From: Nitrososphaerota archaeon
Lineage (GTDB): Archaea > Thermoproteota > Nitrososphaeria > Nitrososphaerales > Nitrosopumilaceae
Direction: 5' to 3'
Assembly (NCBI GenBank): GCA_016871975.1
Contig: VHBM01000001.1
Location: forward strand, 1-54,154
DNA length: 54,154 nt
Under the pieces are notes generated by a model. That model worked only from the letters and a program-made list of their open reading frames with translations. It was not told the DNA's origin and ran no database searches. How positions within the stretch are numbered: the stretch's first letter is position 1; every line of letters starts with the position of its first letter. Positions 1-9,420 of the stretch are shown here, in pieces. Made by a program: the position numbers and the translations under genes.

Positions 1-2
1 AC

Positions 3-686
3 ATATCACGAAGAATAGATGTTGTTGCAGAAAAAGCTGTTCTTGATTATTTAAAAAAAATCAACTTTGAATGCATTGTTTTAGGCGAGGAATGTGGCCG
101 TGTTGAGTTATCAAATAATCCAAAAGGATATGTGATAATGGATGCAATTGATGGTTCTGCAAACGCAGTGAGAGGAATACCATTTTTTTGCTGCTCACTT
201 GCATTTGCAACAGATGACAAGCTAAGCTCTGTAACTGATGGAGTTGTAACCGATTTGCATACAGGTGATATGTATTGGGCAACAAAAGGAAAGGGTGCAT
301 TTATGAACGAAAAAAAAATTCATGTGCAAAAAACATTGCCAATCTATCGAATTGTTGGAGTTAATATCTCAGGTTCAGACCCAAAGCTAGTCGAGAGACT
401 GCATCCTGTTTTTAAAAGCAGTAATCATACAAGACATCTTGGAGCAAATGCGTTAGAGCTTGCAATGTTTGCTCGGGGTTTGATTGATGTGTATATAGAT
501 CTTAGAGAAAAGATTAGAGTTACTGATATGGCAGCTGGTTACTTGTTAGTAAATGAGGCAGGAGGATTTGTTTTAGATCCTAACTTGAAACCACTTGATT
601 CTGATCTTGGTTATGAAACAAAGTTGTCCTTTATCGCTGCTGCAAATAAGGAAATTCTTGATGAGATTGTATCTCAAATTAAATAA
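3..686 (+). CDS. suhB: Inositol monophosphatase / fructose-1,6-bisphosphatase family protein (5' end outside window)
   Basis: Frame 3 is open from the window edge (ISRRIDVVAEKAVLDYL...). It contains a metal-binding DAIDGS motif (family consensus DPIDGT) and an IMPase-like C-terminal half. Stop TAA at 684-686. Confidence 0.75.
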   Translation: MSRRIDVVAEKAVLDYLKKINFECIVLGEECGRVELSNNPKGYVIMDAIDGSANAVRGIPFFCCSLAFATDDKLSSVTDGVVTDLHTGDMYWATKGKGAFMNEKKIHVQKTLPIYRIVGVNISGSDPKLVERLHPVFKSSNHTRHLGANALELAMFARGLIDVYIDLREKIRVTDMAAGYLLVNEAGGFVLDPNLKPLDSDLGYETKLSFIAAANKEILDEIVSQIK

Positions 687-688
687 TG

Positions 689-766
689 TGGCGCCCTTGG
701 CGGGATTTGAACTCGCGTCTCAGCCGTGACAGGGCCGAATTCTAGACCGGACTATACTACAAGGGC
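689..766 (-). tRNA. tRNA-Asp (anticodon GTC) with genomically encoded CCA
   Basis: Hand-folded cloverleaf: acceptor GCCCTTG/CAAGGGC, anticodon stem CGGCC/GGCTG, loop CTGTCAC, T-loop TTCAAAT, discriminator G followed by CCA. The D stem has an A:A mismatch and the T stem an A:C mismatch. Confidence 0.7.
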
Positions 767-863
767 GCAGATCAAAAAAACAAAAGTCCCAGTTTAAAAG
801 TTTCGTAAGCTCAAATTTGTTGTAAAAGACTAAATTATACACGTCTGAGAAATTTGCAAGGTG

Positions 864-937
864 GGGTCTGTGGCGCAGCCAGGTAGCGCACCGGACTTTT
901 AATCCGGTTGTCGTGGGTCCAAATCCCACCAGACCCG
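864..937 (+). tRNA. tRNA-Lys (anticodon TTT)
   Basis: Clean 74-nt cloverleaf: acceptor GGGTCTG/CAGACCC, D stem GCGC/GCGC, anticodon stem CCGGA/TCCGG with loop CTTTTAA, T arm GTGGG-TCCAAAT-CCCAC. Confidence 0.9.
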
Positions 938-938
938 C

Positions 939-2399
939 TTATTTTGTAAGGTTTTTGACCTTTAAAGAGAGATTTGAAAACACCATTTTTACTTCATTGC
1001 CTCGTTTTGTTATTCCAGTCTTGTATGCACCAATTTTTCCTACCCTAAATTGAATCATCCTCTTTTGTTCACTAGTTCCAGACGATCCTTGTGATATTCT
1101 GTTGTCAAGTGATGAGCTAATCGAGGTTAAATCTATGATTTTTTTGATTTGTTTTGAGTCAATACCCTTTGTTGATCTTTTAATCTCATCTATAGAGAGT
1201 GCTTCGAGTGGTTTTTTTGAGCTGTGTGCAGTCTTTACGAGATTTCCTACAATCTGGTGAGCTGTCCTAAATGGTATTCCGTTATTGACTAGTTTTTCTG
1301 CTATATCCAGTGCTACAAGATATCCTCCTTCTATTGCTTTTTTGATGTTTTGATTGTCAACGTTTATCTTTTCTAGCATTGATTTTATGACAATAAGTGC
1401 AGTGATTGCGATTCTAGATGAAGACCAAATTGCTGGCTTTATTTGCTGTAAATCTCGATTGTATCCAGATGGAAGCCCCTTTACTATTGAAAGAATGGTT
1501 GTAAGGTTCCCAATTACTTGTGCTGTTTTTCCCCTAGTAAGCTCCAAAATGTCAGGATTTTTCTTTTGAGGCATAACACTTGATGGAGATGTAAATTCGT
1601 CTGGAAGCTCAATAAAGGCAAATTCCGAAGTTGACCATATAACAAAGTCTTCTGCAAGTCGGCTAAGATTTGTCATAAGAATGGCAACTGCTGCGACATA
1701 TTCTATTACATAGTCTCGTGTACTGGTAGCGTCAATCGAGTTTTCTACTATGCCTTTAAAGCCAAGCATCTTTGCTGTACTCTGCCTATCTATTGGAATA
1801 CTTGTTCCTCCAACAGGTCCTGCACCTAGTGGAGATTCATTTACTCGTCCATATGTCACATAGAGTCGCTCAAGATCCCTAAACAAGGCATCTGTATATG
1901 ATAGAAGATAATGTGAAAATAGTCCAACTTGGGCTTGCTGTAGATGTGTATAAAGCGGCATTATGGTTTTCTGATGTTTTTGTGCTAGTGAAACAAGTGT
2001 TTGAATCGTATTCAAAAGACAGTGACATAAAAGATTGATGTCGTCTCGTATTTTCATTCGTATATCAAGTGATACTTGATCATTTCGAGAGCGGCCTGTA
2101 TGCATTTTGCCACCACTTTCTAGCCCAATTTTTTTGATAACATGTTGTTCAATTAGTTCGTGAATGTCTTCAGAATCAGATTTTTTATCAAATTTTTCTT
2201 TTTTTAATTTTTCAAGTGCTAGAAGAATTTTTTTTGCCTCACTTTTTGTTATGATTTTTTTTTCATAAAGCATTATCACATGTGCTTGAGTGCCAACTAT
2301 ATCATAAAATGCAATTTCTGCGTCATCAAAAAGTGATGAAACATATTCTAATGTAATGTCGTTAAGATTATTTTTCAGTCGAGACCGATACATTACCAT
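939..2399 (-). CDS. argH: Argininosuccinate lyase
   Basis: Fumarate-lyase superfamily motifs TGRSRNDQV and SSVMPQKKNPD, with length typical of ArgH. Start is uncertain: ATGs at 2399 and 2393, and the track ORF extends to 2426. Confidence 0.9.
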   Translation of the reverse strand: MVMYRSRLKNNLNDITLEYVSSLFDDAEIAFYDIVGTQAHVIMLYEKKIITKSEAKKILLALEKLKKEKFDKKSDSEDIHELIEQHVIKKIGLESGGKMHTGRSRNDQVSLDIRMKIRDDINLLCHCLLNTIQTLVSLAQKHQKTIMPLYTHLQQAQVGLFSHYLLSYTDALFRDLERLYVTYGRVNESPLGAGPVGGTSIPIDRQSTAKMLGFKGIVENSIDATSTRDYVIEYVAAVAILMTNLSRLAEDFVIWSTSEFAFIELPDEFTSPSSVMPQKKNPDILELTRGKTAQVIGNLTTILSIVKGLPSGYNRDLQQIKPAIWSSSRIAITALIVIKSMLEKINVDNQNIKKAIEGGYLVALDIAEKLVNNGIPFRTAHQIVGNLVKTAHSSKKPLEALSIDEIKRSTKGIDSKQIKKIIDLTSISSSLDNRISQGSSGTSEQKRMIQFRVGKIGAYKTGITKRGNEVKMVFSNLSLKVKNLTK

Positions 2400-2443
2400 A
2401 AAGTTTAGAATGGTTATATATAGCATAGACGCTTTTTTTTATA

Positions 2444-2770
2444 ATGGCACAAGATCTCAAACAATTACGTGTACAAATTTTTGATGAGTTATCAAAGATT
2501 GTGGATCCTGAAATTAACACATCAATTACTGAGCTAGAATTAATTGATGAGGTTGATATCAATAACTCTAATGTCAAAGTAGACTTGCATCTTACCAGTC
2601 CATTTTGTCCTGCAGTTTTTGGATTCAAAATATGTCAAGACATTCATGATAATCTATTGAAAATTGATGGTATTGATGATGTCAAAGTTAATGTGTCAAA
2701 TCATTTTATGTCCGAAGCAATCAACAACCAAGTAAACAATAGTCCCAATCCAAAAAAACCTAAAACCTAG
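2444..2770 (+). CDS. DUF59 / MIP18-family Fe-S cluster assembly protein (SufT/PaaD-like)
   Basis: LSKIVDPEINTSITELELI...VDLHLTSPFCPA matches the DUF59 pattern (V.DPE....I..LG.I, single conserved Cys). 108 aa. Confidence 0.7.
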   Translation: MAQDLKQLRVQIFDELSKIVDPEINTSITELELIDEVDINNSNVKVDLHLTSPFCPAVFGFKICQDIHDNLLKIDGIDDVKVNVSNHFMSEAINNQVNNSPNPKKPKT

Positions 2771-3531
2771 CGTCTAAAACCTAGCAGATATCCTCTTAGC
2801 AACTGTATTCCCATAGCAGGATCTACTCCTTTTGGGCATACCATGCTACAAGAGCCAGCAAAGTGGCATCGCCATATACCATGAGGCTCGTCGATTATTT
2901 TGAGTCGTTCGTTTTTTCCCTTGTCTCTTGAATCTGCGATATAGCGATATGCCTGTGCAAGGGCCTGTGGGCCAATAAATGATGAATCTGTAGCCATTGT
3001 AGGGCAAGCTGAATTGCAAAGACCGCATTTTATGCAACTTGAAAACTGGATGTATTTTTCTACTTCCTCTGGTGTTTGTAAAAATTCCTTTGTTTTTGAA
3101 GTAATCTCAGAATCATCTCTTACGATATATGGTTTTAATTTTTTATGAGTTGAAAACATTCTATCAAAGTTAACTGCCAAGTCTCGAATTACAGGAAAGT
3201 TGTTCATTGGCTCAACTGTAACTACATCAGAATTAAGCTCAACAATTTTAGTAAAACATGCCAATCTTGGTTTGCCATTGATTATCATACCGCAAGAGCC
3301 ACATGTTGCTTGTCTACAAGAATATCTTACGCCAACAGAATGATCAAAGTGTTTTTTCACTTCTAAAATTGCATCTAATACAGTAGTCCATTTCTCGTAT
3401 GGAACTTTGAATTCCATAAATGATTTTGCAGTGCCTGTTTGTGGATTAGATCTTGAAATTCTCAGTATAATTGATTTTGGCGATGAGACAATAGTTTGTG
3501 ATTCTTCTTCTGAGATCTGTGTTGTAGACAT
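2767..3531 (-). CDS. sdhB: Succinate dehydrogenase / fumarate reductase iron-sulfur subunit
   Basis: 2Fe-2S motif CRQATCGSCGM, 4Fe-4S motif CIKCGLCNSACP and 3Fe-4S motif CHFAGSCSMVCP. Sits in the sdhA-C-D-B gene order. Confidence 0.92.
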   Translation of the reverse strand: MSTTQISEEESQTIVSSPKSIILRISRSNPQTGTAKSFMEFKVPYEKWTTVLDAILEVKKHFDHSVGVRYSCRQATCGSCGMIINGKPRLACFTKIVELNSDVVTVEPMNNFPVIRDLAVNFDRMFSTHKKLKPYIVRDDSEITSKTKEFLQTPEEVEKYIQFSSCIKCGLCNSACPTMATDSSFIGPQALAQAYRYIADSRDKGKNERLKIIDEPHGIWRCHFAGSCSMVCPKGVDPAMGIQLLRGYLLGFRR

Positions 3532-3535
3532 TTTT

Positions 3536-3892
3536 TCAGCTCATCCCCATGCTTGCCAGTATTATAGTACGTGAGCCATATGCAATTACAGCAACCATTG
3601 CCGCAATACAGCCATATGTAACGGCCTTTTCATATCCTCTTCCTTGTTTTAACTCTAGCAGTATAACCCTAAGACCATTAAATCCATGAATTGAAATCAA
3701 AACTAGAATTAATTCAAGTACAAGTGCGTATGGTAAAAATTCATAGTTTGCAATAACGCTTTCGTATTGTAATGACTTGGAAAATTCTTGAGTTAGTCTG
3801 AATAAAATATGTACTGCCACAAGAGCCACTGCTCCCAAGGCGGTTCCATAATGCACTTTCATTACTATGCTTTCGCGCATTTTATTCACCAA
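3536..3892 (-). CDS. sdhD: Succinate dehydrogenase membrane anchor subunit
   Basis: 118-aa protein with three predicted TM helices, lying between sdhC and sdhB and overlapping sdhC. Confidence 0.65.
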   Translation of the reverse strand: MVNKMRESIVMKVHYGTALGAVALVAVHILFRLTQEFSKSLQYESVIANYEFLPYALVLELILVLISIHGFNGLRVILLELKQGRGYEKAVTYGCIAAMVAVIAYGSRTIILASMGMS

Positions 3893-4313
3893 ACATTACT
3901 CCAAGGCCGTACATCATTGCAAGCGCTGCAAGTCCAATTGATGCGTAGATGCACAGTTTGTTTTTCATGTTAATTGAGCGTGGCGTGTATGGATAATCAG
4001 GCCTTCCTGGCTTTCCTACGCCTATTCCACCATGACCAAGCATTAGTCTTATTCCATTTGCTGTATGAAATACACACATTCCAATTACAATTGCTAGAAT
4101 GATGTGTCCTTCAGTTGTCTGCGTAAGATCTAGCATTTTTTCCCATGCTGCTTTTCCATTTAGTATGGTACTTGTTTCATAAATGTGAGCTATAAAATAA
4201 ACAAGCAATCCAATACCTGTAAGTCTCATCAACCAGTATGCAAAACGCTCAATGCCATAGCGGCCTGGATTTAACCATCCTTTGATTCCTTCTTTATTTT
4301 CTTGTTTTTCCAT
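3882..4313 (-). CDS. sdhC: Succinate dehydrogenase cytochrome b / membrane subunit
   Basis: 143-aa polytopic membrane protein with conserved His in the TM helices. Starts immediately after the sdhA stop (4314/4313). Confidence 0.7.
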   Translation of the reverse strand: MEKQENKEGIKGWLNPGRYGIERFAYWLMRLTGIGLLVYFIAHIYETSTILNGKAAWEKMLDLTQTTEGHIILAIVIGMCVFHTANGIRLMLGHGGIGVGKPGRPDYPYTPRSINMKNKLCIYASIGLAALAMMYGLGVMFGE

Positions 4314-6026
4314 CTAGTATTTTCTCTCTACTGGTTTGTATTTTGTTATTGTTACTGGGTGCTTTCTCATAATTGGCTCCTTTGGATCATAATATGCTAG
4401 TGTGTGATGTAAGAAGTTTACATCGTCTCTTGTTGGATAGTCTGTTCTTGCATGTGAGCCTCGTGATTCTCTTCTGTTAATAGCTCCTATGAGCACGACT
4501 TCTGCAACCCTAAACATTGAATCAATCTCCATAACATTTGTAAAGTTTGTATTGTATTCTTTTGCCTTATCGTCAACATGTTTCCACATTTTATCACGCA
4601 GTTCACGCAATTTTTTTAACCCAGCAGTAAGATCTGTTTCATTTCTATAGACATAGGCCTTGTCATTCATTGTATCAGTTAGTTCTTGTCGTATCTCATA
4701 TGGGTTAACATCACCACGTCCACGAAATATTCCATCATAGATTCTTTTTTCTTCTGCATCAACTAGATGCAAAGGAAATGGTGTTGATGGTATACCTCGT
4801 TGGATATAGTCCACTGCGAGCTCACCAGTTATTCTACCCCAAACTATACATTCAGAGGTAGAGTTTGCGCCAAGACGATTAGAACCATGTACACTATTAC
4901 ACGCTGCTTCGCCTGCAGCCCATACACCTTGAAGCTCTGTAGCTCCATCTATGTTAGTATGAATACCACCCATCATGTAGTGACAAACCGGCCTTACGTC
5001 AATGGGCTCGGTAGCGGGATCAATCCCAGAAAACTTGAGCGAGATTTCACGGATGCCACCTAGCTTTTCTTTGATAACCTCATCGCCTATATGTCGCAAG
5101 TCTAGTTTTAGGCAATCAACCCCAGTTTCATGGTGAAATCCACGACCTTCATTCATTTCGGTCATCATTGCTCGTGAGACAATATCTCTTGGTGCTAGCT
5201 CCATTTTACCTGCGGCATATCTTTTCATGAATCTCTCTCCATCTTTATTGAGAAGATAACCGCCTTCTCCTCTTGCACCTTCAGTTATCAATATTCCAGA
5301 TGGTAAAATTCCTGTGGGATGAAATTGAACAAACTCCATATCTTTTAGTGCCATTCCTGCCCGGTAGGCCATATCAAGACCATCTGGAGTAGATGAAAGT
5401 GCATATGTTGAATAGCTGTATATTCTGCCAGCACCACCAGTTGAGATTATCATTGCTTTTGCTTTTATTGTATAAAATGTGCCATTTGAAAGCTCAATTG
5501 CCGTTATTCCCAAGAACCGCTGTCCATCATGAATAATTGATGTTGCGTACCATTCGTTTAGAAATTCAATATTATCAAATTTTTGACATGTGTCATACAA
5601 TGTCTGCATTTCAAAAAATCCTACCTTGTCTGCAGCATAAGTTGCTCTTGGGAAACTATATCCACCAAAATTTCTCTGGTCAACTCTTCCATCTTTTCTT
5701 CTAGACCATGGCATTCCCCAATGTTCTAACTGTAGAATCTCTTTTGGTATTTCAGTGCAAAGCCTTTCAGCTACATCTTGATCTGCAAGAAAGTCACTGC
5801 CCTTGATTGTATCATAAATATGCGATTCAATTGTATCTACCTCATCTTCAAATAATACAGCTGCTGTACCACCTTCTGCTGAAACCGAATGTGAACGCAT
5901 TACTTGTACTTTGGAGATAACTGCGATCTTTATTTTCGAACTTTTTTTTGCTGCGGCAATTGCTGCTCTCAGACCAGCAAGACCAGAACCGACTATAATC
6001 AAATCATATTCGATAGAATTGACCAT
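4314..6026 (-). CDS. sdhA: Succinate dehydrogenase flavoprotein subunit
   Basis: N-terminal FAD fold DLIIVGSGLAGLRAA, covalent-FAD His region RSHSVSAEGG, and HPTG, RGEGG and HGSNRLG motifs. 570 aa. Confidence 0.95.
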   Translation of the reverse strand: MVNSIEYDLIIVGSGLAGLRAAIAAAKKSSKIKIAVISKVQVMRSHSVSAEGGTAAVLFEDEVDTIESHIYDTIKGSDFLADQDVAERLCTEIPKEILQLEHWGMPWSRRKDGRVDQRNFGGYSFPRATYAADKVGFFEMQTLYDTCQKFDNIEFLNEWYATSIIHDGQRFLGITAIELSNGTFYTIKAKAMIISTGGAGRIYSYSTYALSSTPDGLDMAYRAGMALKDMEFVQFHPTGILPSGILITEGARGEGGYLLNKDGERFMKRYAAGKMELAPRDIVSRAMMTEMNEGRGFHHETGVDCLKLDLRHIGDEVIKEKLGGIREISLKFSGIDPATEPIDVRPVCHYMMGGIHTNIDGATELQGVWAAGEAACNSVHGSNRLGANSTSECIVWGRITGELAVDYIQRGIPSTPFPLHLVDAEEKRIYDGIFRGRGDVNPYEIRQELTDTMNDKAYVYRNETDLTAGLKKLRELRDKMWKHVDDKAKEYNTNFTNVMEIDSMFRVAEVVLIGAINRRESRGSHARTDYPTRDDVNFLHHTLAYYDPKEPIMRKHPVTITKYKPVERKY

Positions 6027-6109
6027 TTACCGACATCTAACCTCTAGAATCCGGATAAATATGTATTATAAAATATCACAATAAATCCTCAAAACCGAAT
6101 CATTAATAT

Positions 6110-6133
6110 ATATCGCTAGCGATATCGCTAGTG
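6110..6133. promoter_or_regulatory. Perfect 16-bp palindrome ATATCGCTAGCGATAT, part of a 12-bp tandem repeat (ATATCGCTAGCG / ATATCGCTAGTG) that overlaps the PadR start codon
   Basis: Read directly at 6110-6125 (palindrome) and 6110-6133 (tandem repeat). It abuts the GTG/ATG start at 6131/6134. Confidence 0.6.
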
Positions 6134-6640
6134 ATGTGTGCTAATTGGATGCAACGAGTCGGCAGTACAATTCCAAGGGGTTTTTCTAGATATTTTATCT
6201 TGGAACTTCTCAAAAAAAAGCCGCTTAGTGGAAAGGATATAATTGATTCTGCAGTAAAACAAAGCGAAGGCAAGTGGAAGCCATCTCCTGGTTTGATCTA
6301 TCCTCTTCTTGGAAGATTGCTTGATGAAGGATTGATTGAAGAATCAAAGGATGGCAAATATCAGATCACACGAAAAGGCAAATCCACTGCAGATGATCTT
6401 GAGACTTTCACAAATATTGTAAAAAACCAGCTTGATGTTTTGTTTAGAATAGGAAACGTTGGCCGATTTGCTGCAATGGACATACTTGAAAGAATATCAA
6501 CTATGGCTTCAATGCTTAGCTCTAATATGTCTAATATGACAAAAGAAGAAACCGAAAAATATAGAAAATTTCTCCAATCAGAGCTTAAAAAAATCGATGA
6601 GTCTGATAAGAAAAAAGGCAAAGATGTTAAAATCGAGTAA
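6131..6640 (+). CDS. PadR-family transcriptional regulator
   Basis: Winged-helix region FILELLKKKPLSGKDII...SPGLIYPLLGRLLDEGLIE followed by a C-terminal helical domain. Alternative ATG starts at 6134 and 6149. Confidence 0.75.
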   Translation: MMCANWMQRVGSTIPRGFSRYFILELLKKKPLSGKDIIDSAVKQSEGKWKPSPGLIYPLLGRLLDEGLIEESKDGKYQITRKGKSTADDLETFTNIVKNQLDVLFRIGNVGRFAAMDILERISTMASMLSSNMSNMTKEETEKYRKFLQSELKKIDESDKKKGKDVKIE

Positions 6641-6642
6641 AA

Positions 6643-7503
6643 CTAGAAATCTTTTATTTGTTTTAATAGTTCTTTGCTTCTATGAATCAAATTTTCAACA
6701 TAGCAATCAGACATCCATCCATTATCTATTCTATGAAATGTAACAGCTTGACATTTGAGATTATATTCGTATTTACTGTTATCATATATCCAATCAAACC
6801 CATTACTTATATCAACTGTTGGATAACCATGTCCCCGAACTAAAGTAATTGAATTTGTATCATAATCTACTGCAATTTCAGCATACAAAGCATTTGGGTA
6901 AAGATAGATCACTTTTGGGTGTTTTGTAATTGCGTCAAACTCATTACGTGTTACGTATTCGTTATGTAAGAGTATTACCTTATCGTATTTGGAAAGTATG
7001 TTTGGATCTTCATCAACGGCAATATCTGTAATAATTGGATATCCAAGTAGACTAAAGACTTGAACAGCATTACCACTTGCTTGATAAGTAAGATCATATT
7101 CATCTTTTAATTCAACAGTAAGACATTCCATACCACACTCTCCTCTGTAATATGTGTAAAAACCAGGTTCTGAATATGCTGCTGCTGTAAATATAGGATA
7201 AATTACTACTGATCTTTTTGGTCCATATGAAATTCCTATTTCTTTGTAAAGTTCTGCAAATTCTGGATTTAATTCATATTTTGCATTACGCCAAATTTTT
7301 TCTCCATCTACTATCTCATAATCATCTTCATATCCATATAACGCAAATAATGATGGTGCGTCTATTTTGACTAGTTTTTTGTCATCAGAGGATTCTGTAA
7401 TGGGTGTTTTTCCTTCATTATTTTCTACCGTCATAAGATAATAGGAAATTCCAGCAATTATCGCGATTACAACTCCAACTAGTAGAAAAATTTTCTGATT
7501 CAA
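6643..7503 (-). CDS. Signal-anchored extracytoplasmic protein of unknown function, paralogue of 31079..32206
   Basis: N-terminal TM segment (IFLLVGVVIAIIAGISYYLM). The roughly 190-aa C-terminal domain is over 50% identical by eye to the C-terminus of the 31079..32206 product, and its Cys residues are conserved. Confidence 0.7.
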   Translation of the reverse strand: MNQKIFLLVGVVIAIIAGISYYLMTVENNEGKTPITESSDDKKLVKIDAPSLFALYGYEDDYEIVDGEKIWRNAKYELNPEFAELYKEIGISYGPKRSVVIYPIFTAAAYSEPGFYTYYRGECGMECLTVELKDEYDLTYQASGNAVQVFSLLGYPIITDIAVDEDPNILSKYDKVILLHNEYVTRNEFDAITKHPKVIYLYPNALYAEIAVDYDTNSITLVRGHGYPTVDISNGFDWIYDNSKYEYNLKCQAVTFHRIDNGWMSDCYVENLIHRSKELLKQIKDF

Positions 7504-7583
7504 TGTATTCAGTTTTAAAATTGTTAATTAGATTTATTATTTATTGATTAACTCATAAATAATTCACATATCAACGTCTAGCA

Positions 7584-8462
7584 TTGAAAAATCTTCGACG
7601 TATGATAAATGACACATCAAAACCACTTGTCATACCTGGTGTTTTTGATGCAATTGGTGCAAAGATTGCACAAAAAGTTGGATTTGAGGCAATGTTTCAA
7701 ACAGGCTATGGCACTTCAGCTACACTTTTTGGGATGCCAGACTATGGATTTATTGGCTCAACTGAAACTGTAGAAAACGCTAGAAGAATTTGTCGTGCAG
7801 TAACTGTTCCTGTCATAGTTGATGCAGATACGGGTTATGGCAATGCACTAAGTGTTTGGAAGTTAGTAAATGAGTTAGAATCAGCTGGCGCTTCTGGAAT
7901 TTTTCTTGAGGATCAAAAATGGCCAAAGAGATGTGGTCATATGTCAGGAAAAGATGTTATCAGAAAAGAAGAGTATGCAGAAAAGCTAGCTGCTGCAGTA
8001 GATGCAAGAAAAAGCAAAGACTTCATCATAGTAGCAAGAACCGATGCACGTGCTACTCAAGGACTAGGTGATGCAATTGAGCGTGGATTATACTACAAAA
8101 AGATTGGTGCAGATGCAATTTTTGTCGAAGCACCAAAAACTATAGCTGAAATGAAAAAAATTGGTAAATCAATCAAAGCACCTCTTGTTGCAAATATGAT
8201 CGAAGGCGGTGCTACACCGATTAGCTCAGCATCAACACTGCACAAAATGGGATTTAAAATAATTCTTTATCCATTGTCTGTTCTTTATGCAAACGCGTAT
8301 GCATCGCTGCAGATACTAAAAGAGCTAAAAAGAACTGGAACCACTACTAAATTTCACAAAAAACTTGTAAACTTTGAACAATTCAATGATCTTGTTGATT
8401 TGCCAAAGTTTAGAAAGTTAGAATCAAGATATGGTTTTTCAACAAAAAGAAAAAATGTCTAG
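7584..8462 (+). CDS. Isocitrate lyase / PEP mutase superfamily enzyme (methylisocitrate lyase or oxaloacetate decarboxylase-like)
   Basis: PGVFDAIGAKIA...GFEA, DADTGYGN, and the ICL-type catalytic loop EDQKWPKRCGH (K-[KR]-C-G-H). TTG start; alternative ATG at 7602. Confidence 0.8.
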   Translation: MKNLRRMINDTSKPLVIPGVFDAIGAKIAQKVGFEAMFQTGYGTSATLFGMPDYGFIGSTETVENARRICRAVTVPVIVDADTGYGNALSVWKLVNELESAGASGIFLEDQKWPKRCGHMSGKDVIRKEEYAEKLAAAVDARKSKDFIIVARTDARATQGLGDAIERGLYYKKIGADAIFVEAPKTIAEMKKIGKSIKAPLVANMIEGGATPISSASTLHKMGFKIILYPLSVLYANAYASLQILKELKRTGTTTKFHKKLVNFEQFNDLVDLPKFRKLESRYGFSTKRKNV

Positions 8463-8471
8463 TAAAGAGGT

Positions 8472-8753
8472 CTAGTTTCTCTTTACCGCAATTTCTATGG
8501 TGGAAACGTTTCTTGTTTTTCCGTCTTGTGACTCTAGTGATTCAGAGCCTATTTTGATATCGCCGATAGAGTATCCAGCATTTTCTGTTTTGCGTGCAAT
8601 GATTTGTGCAACGTCTACTGCTCGTCCAATACTGAGTCCTCTTGCTTTGATAGTCACTTGTGGCAAGTTAGCCAATTGAATTAGCGTCGATGTTACATAC
8701 GCCATTAGTGGTTTCTTACCGATGTATATGGTGTCTCTGTTTTCGGTAGACAT
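8472..8753 (-). CDS. albA: Alba DNA/RNA-binding chromatin protein
   Basis: IYIGKKPLMAYVTSTLIQL...VTIKARGLSIGRAVDVAQII matches the Alba fold signature. 93 aa. Confidence 0.88.
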   Translation of the reverse strand: MSTENRDTIYIGKKPLMAYVTSTLIQLANLPQVTIKARGLSIGRAVDVAQIIARKTENAGYSIGDIKIGSESLESQDGKTRNVSTIEIAVKRN

Positions 8754-8866
8754 GCGACATTTATGATTTGAGGATAATTTAAATCTAAGATTACAAGTTT
8801 GATAAAAAAAATTATGGTTTTACGAAAATTTTTAGATACGGCTTTTTCTATACATATAAGATTTTA

Positions 8867-9418
8867 ATGAATGCGTCATTTGGAAAAATATTACAAATTT
8901 TAGACCATGGAACAAAAGAAGAAAAAATCGATGTGCTAGAATCCTTGGTTAGCACAAATGAACCTCAGATAATCAATAAAATGATTTCAAAACTAGATGA
9001 TCCTGATATCGAAGTTAGAGGAGAAGTGTTTAGTGCGCTGGTATTAAACAATAACAAAATTGCACGAGTCTTAATTGATAATCTAAATTCTGAGAGTAAG
9101 AATGTTAGAGGATTTACCGCATTAATTCTTGCAAATAGAAAAGAAATGAGTGCGATTCCTTTGCTTATCAATTTGACAAAAGATTCAAGCTCAATGGTAC
9201 GCTCATGTGCAGTAGGTGCGTTAGGATATCTAAATGCAAAAAATGCACAGCAAGCTATTCATGACTGCTTGTTTGATTCTAATATCGAAGTAAAAAAAAG
9301 TGCAATCAAGGCAGCAATTGATATTGATTACAAAATTTCTGAAAAAGAAATTAATGAAATCACAAAAGATAGAGATGATGAGATTACTAGTCTTTTAGCT
9401 CTAATTAAAAGGAAATAG
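8867..9418 (+). CDS. HEAT-repeat (PBS-lyase-like) protein
   Basis: Four to five repeats of the pattern D.....VR..A..AL (DPDIEVRGEVFSAL, SESKNVRGFTALIL, DSSSMVRSCAVGALG, DSNIEVKKSAIKAA). Confidence 0.7.
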   Translation: MNASFGKILQILDHGTKEEKIDVLESLVSTNEPQIINKMISKLDDPDIEVRGEVFSALVLNNNKIARVLIDNLNSESKNVRGFTALILANRKEMSAIPLLINLTKDSSSMVRSCAVGALGYLNAKNAQQAIHDCLFDSNIEVKKSAIKAAIDIDYKISEKEINEITKDRDDEITSLLALIKRK

Positions 9419-9420
9419 AA

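Noticed and set aside
7584-8462. PEP mutase for phosphonate (methylphosphonate) biosynthesis
   Set aside because: The active-site loop reads EDQKWPKRCGH, with the K-[KR]-C-G-H of isocitrate/methylisocitrate lyase-type enzymes. It is not the PEP-mutase-type loop, and no phosphonate pathway genes are adjacent.
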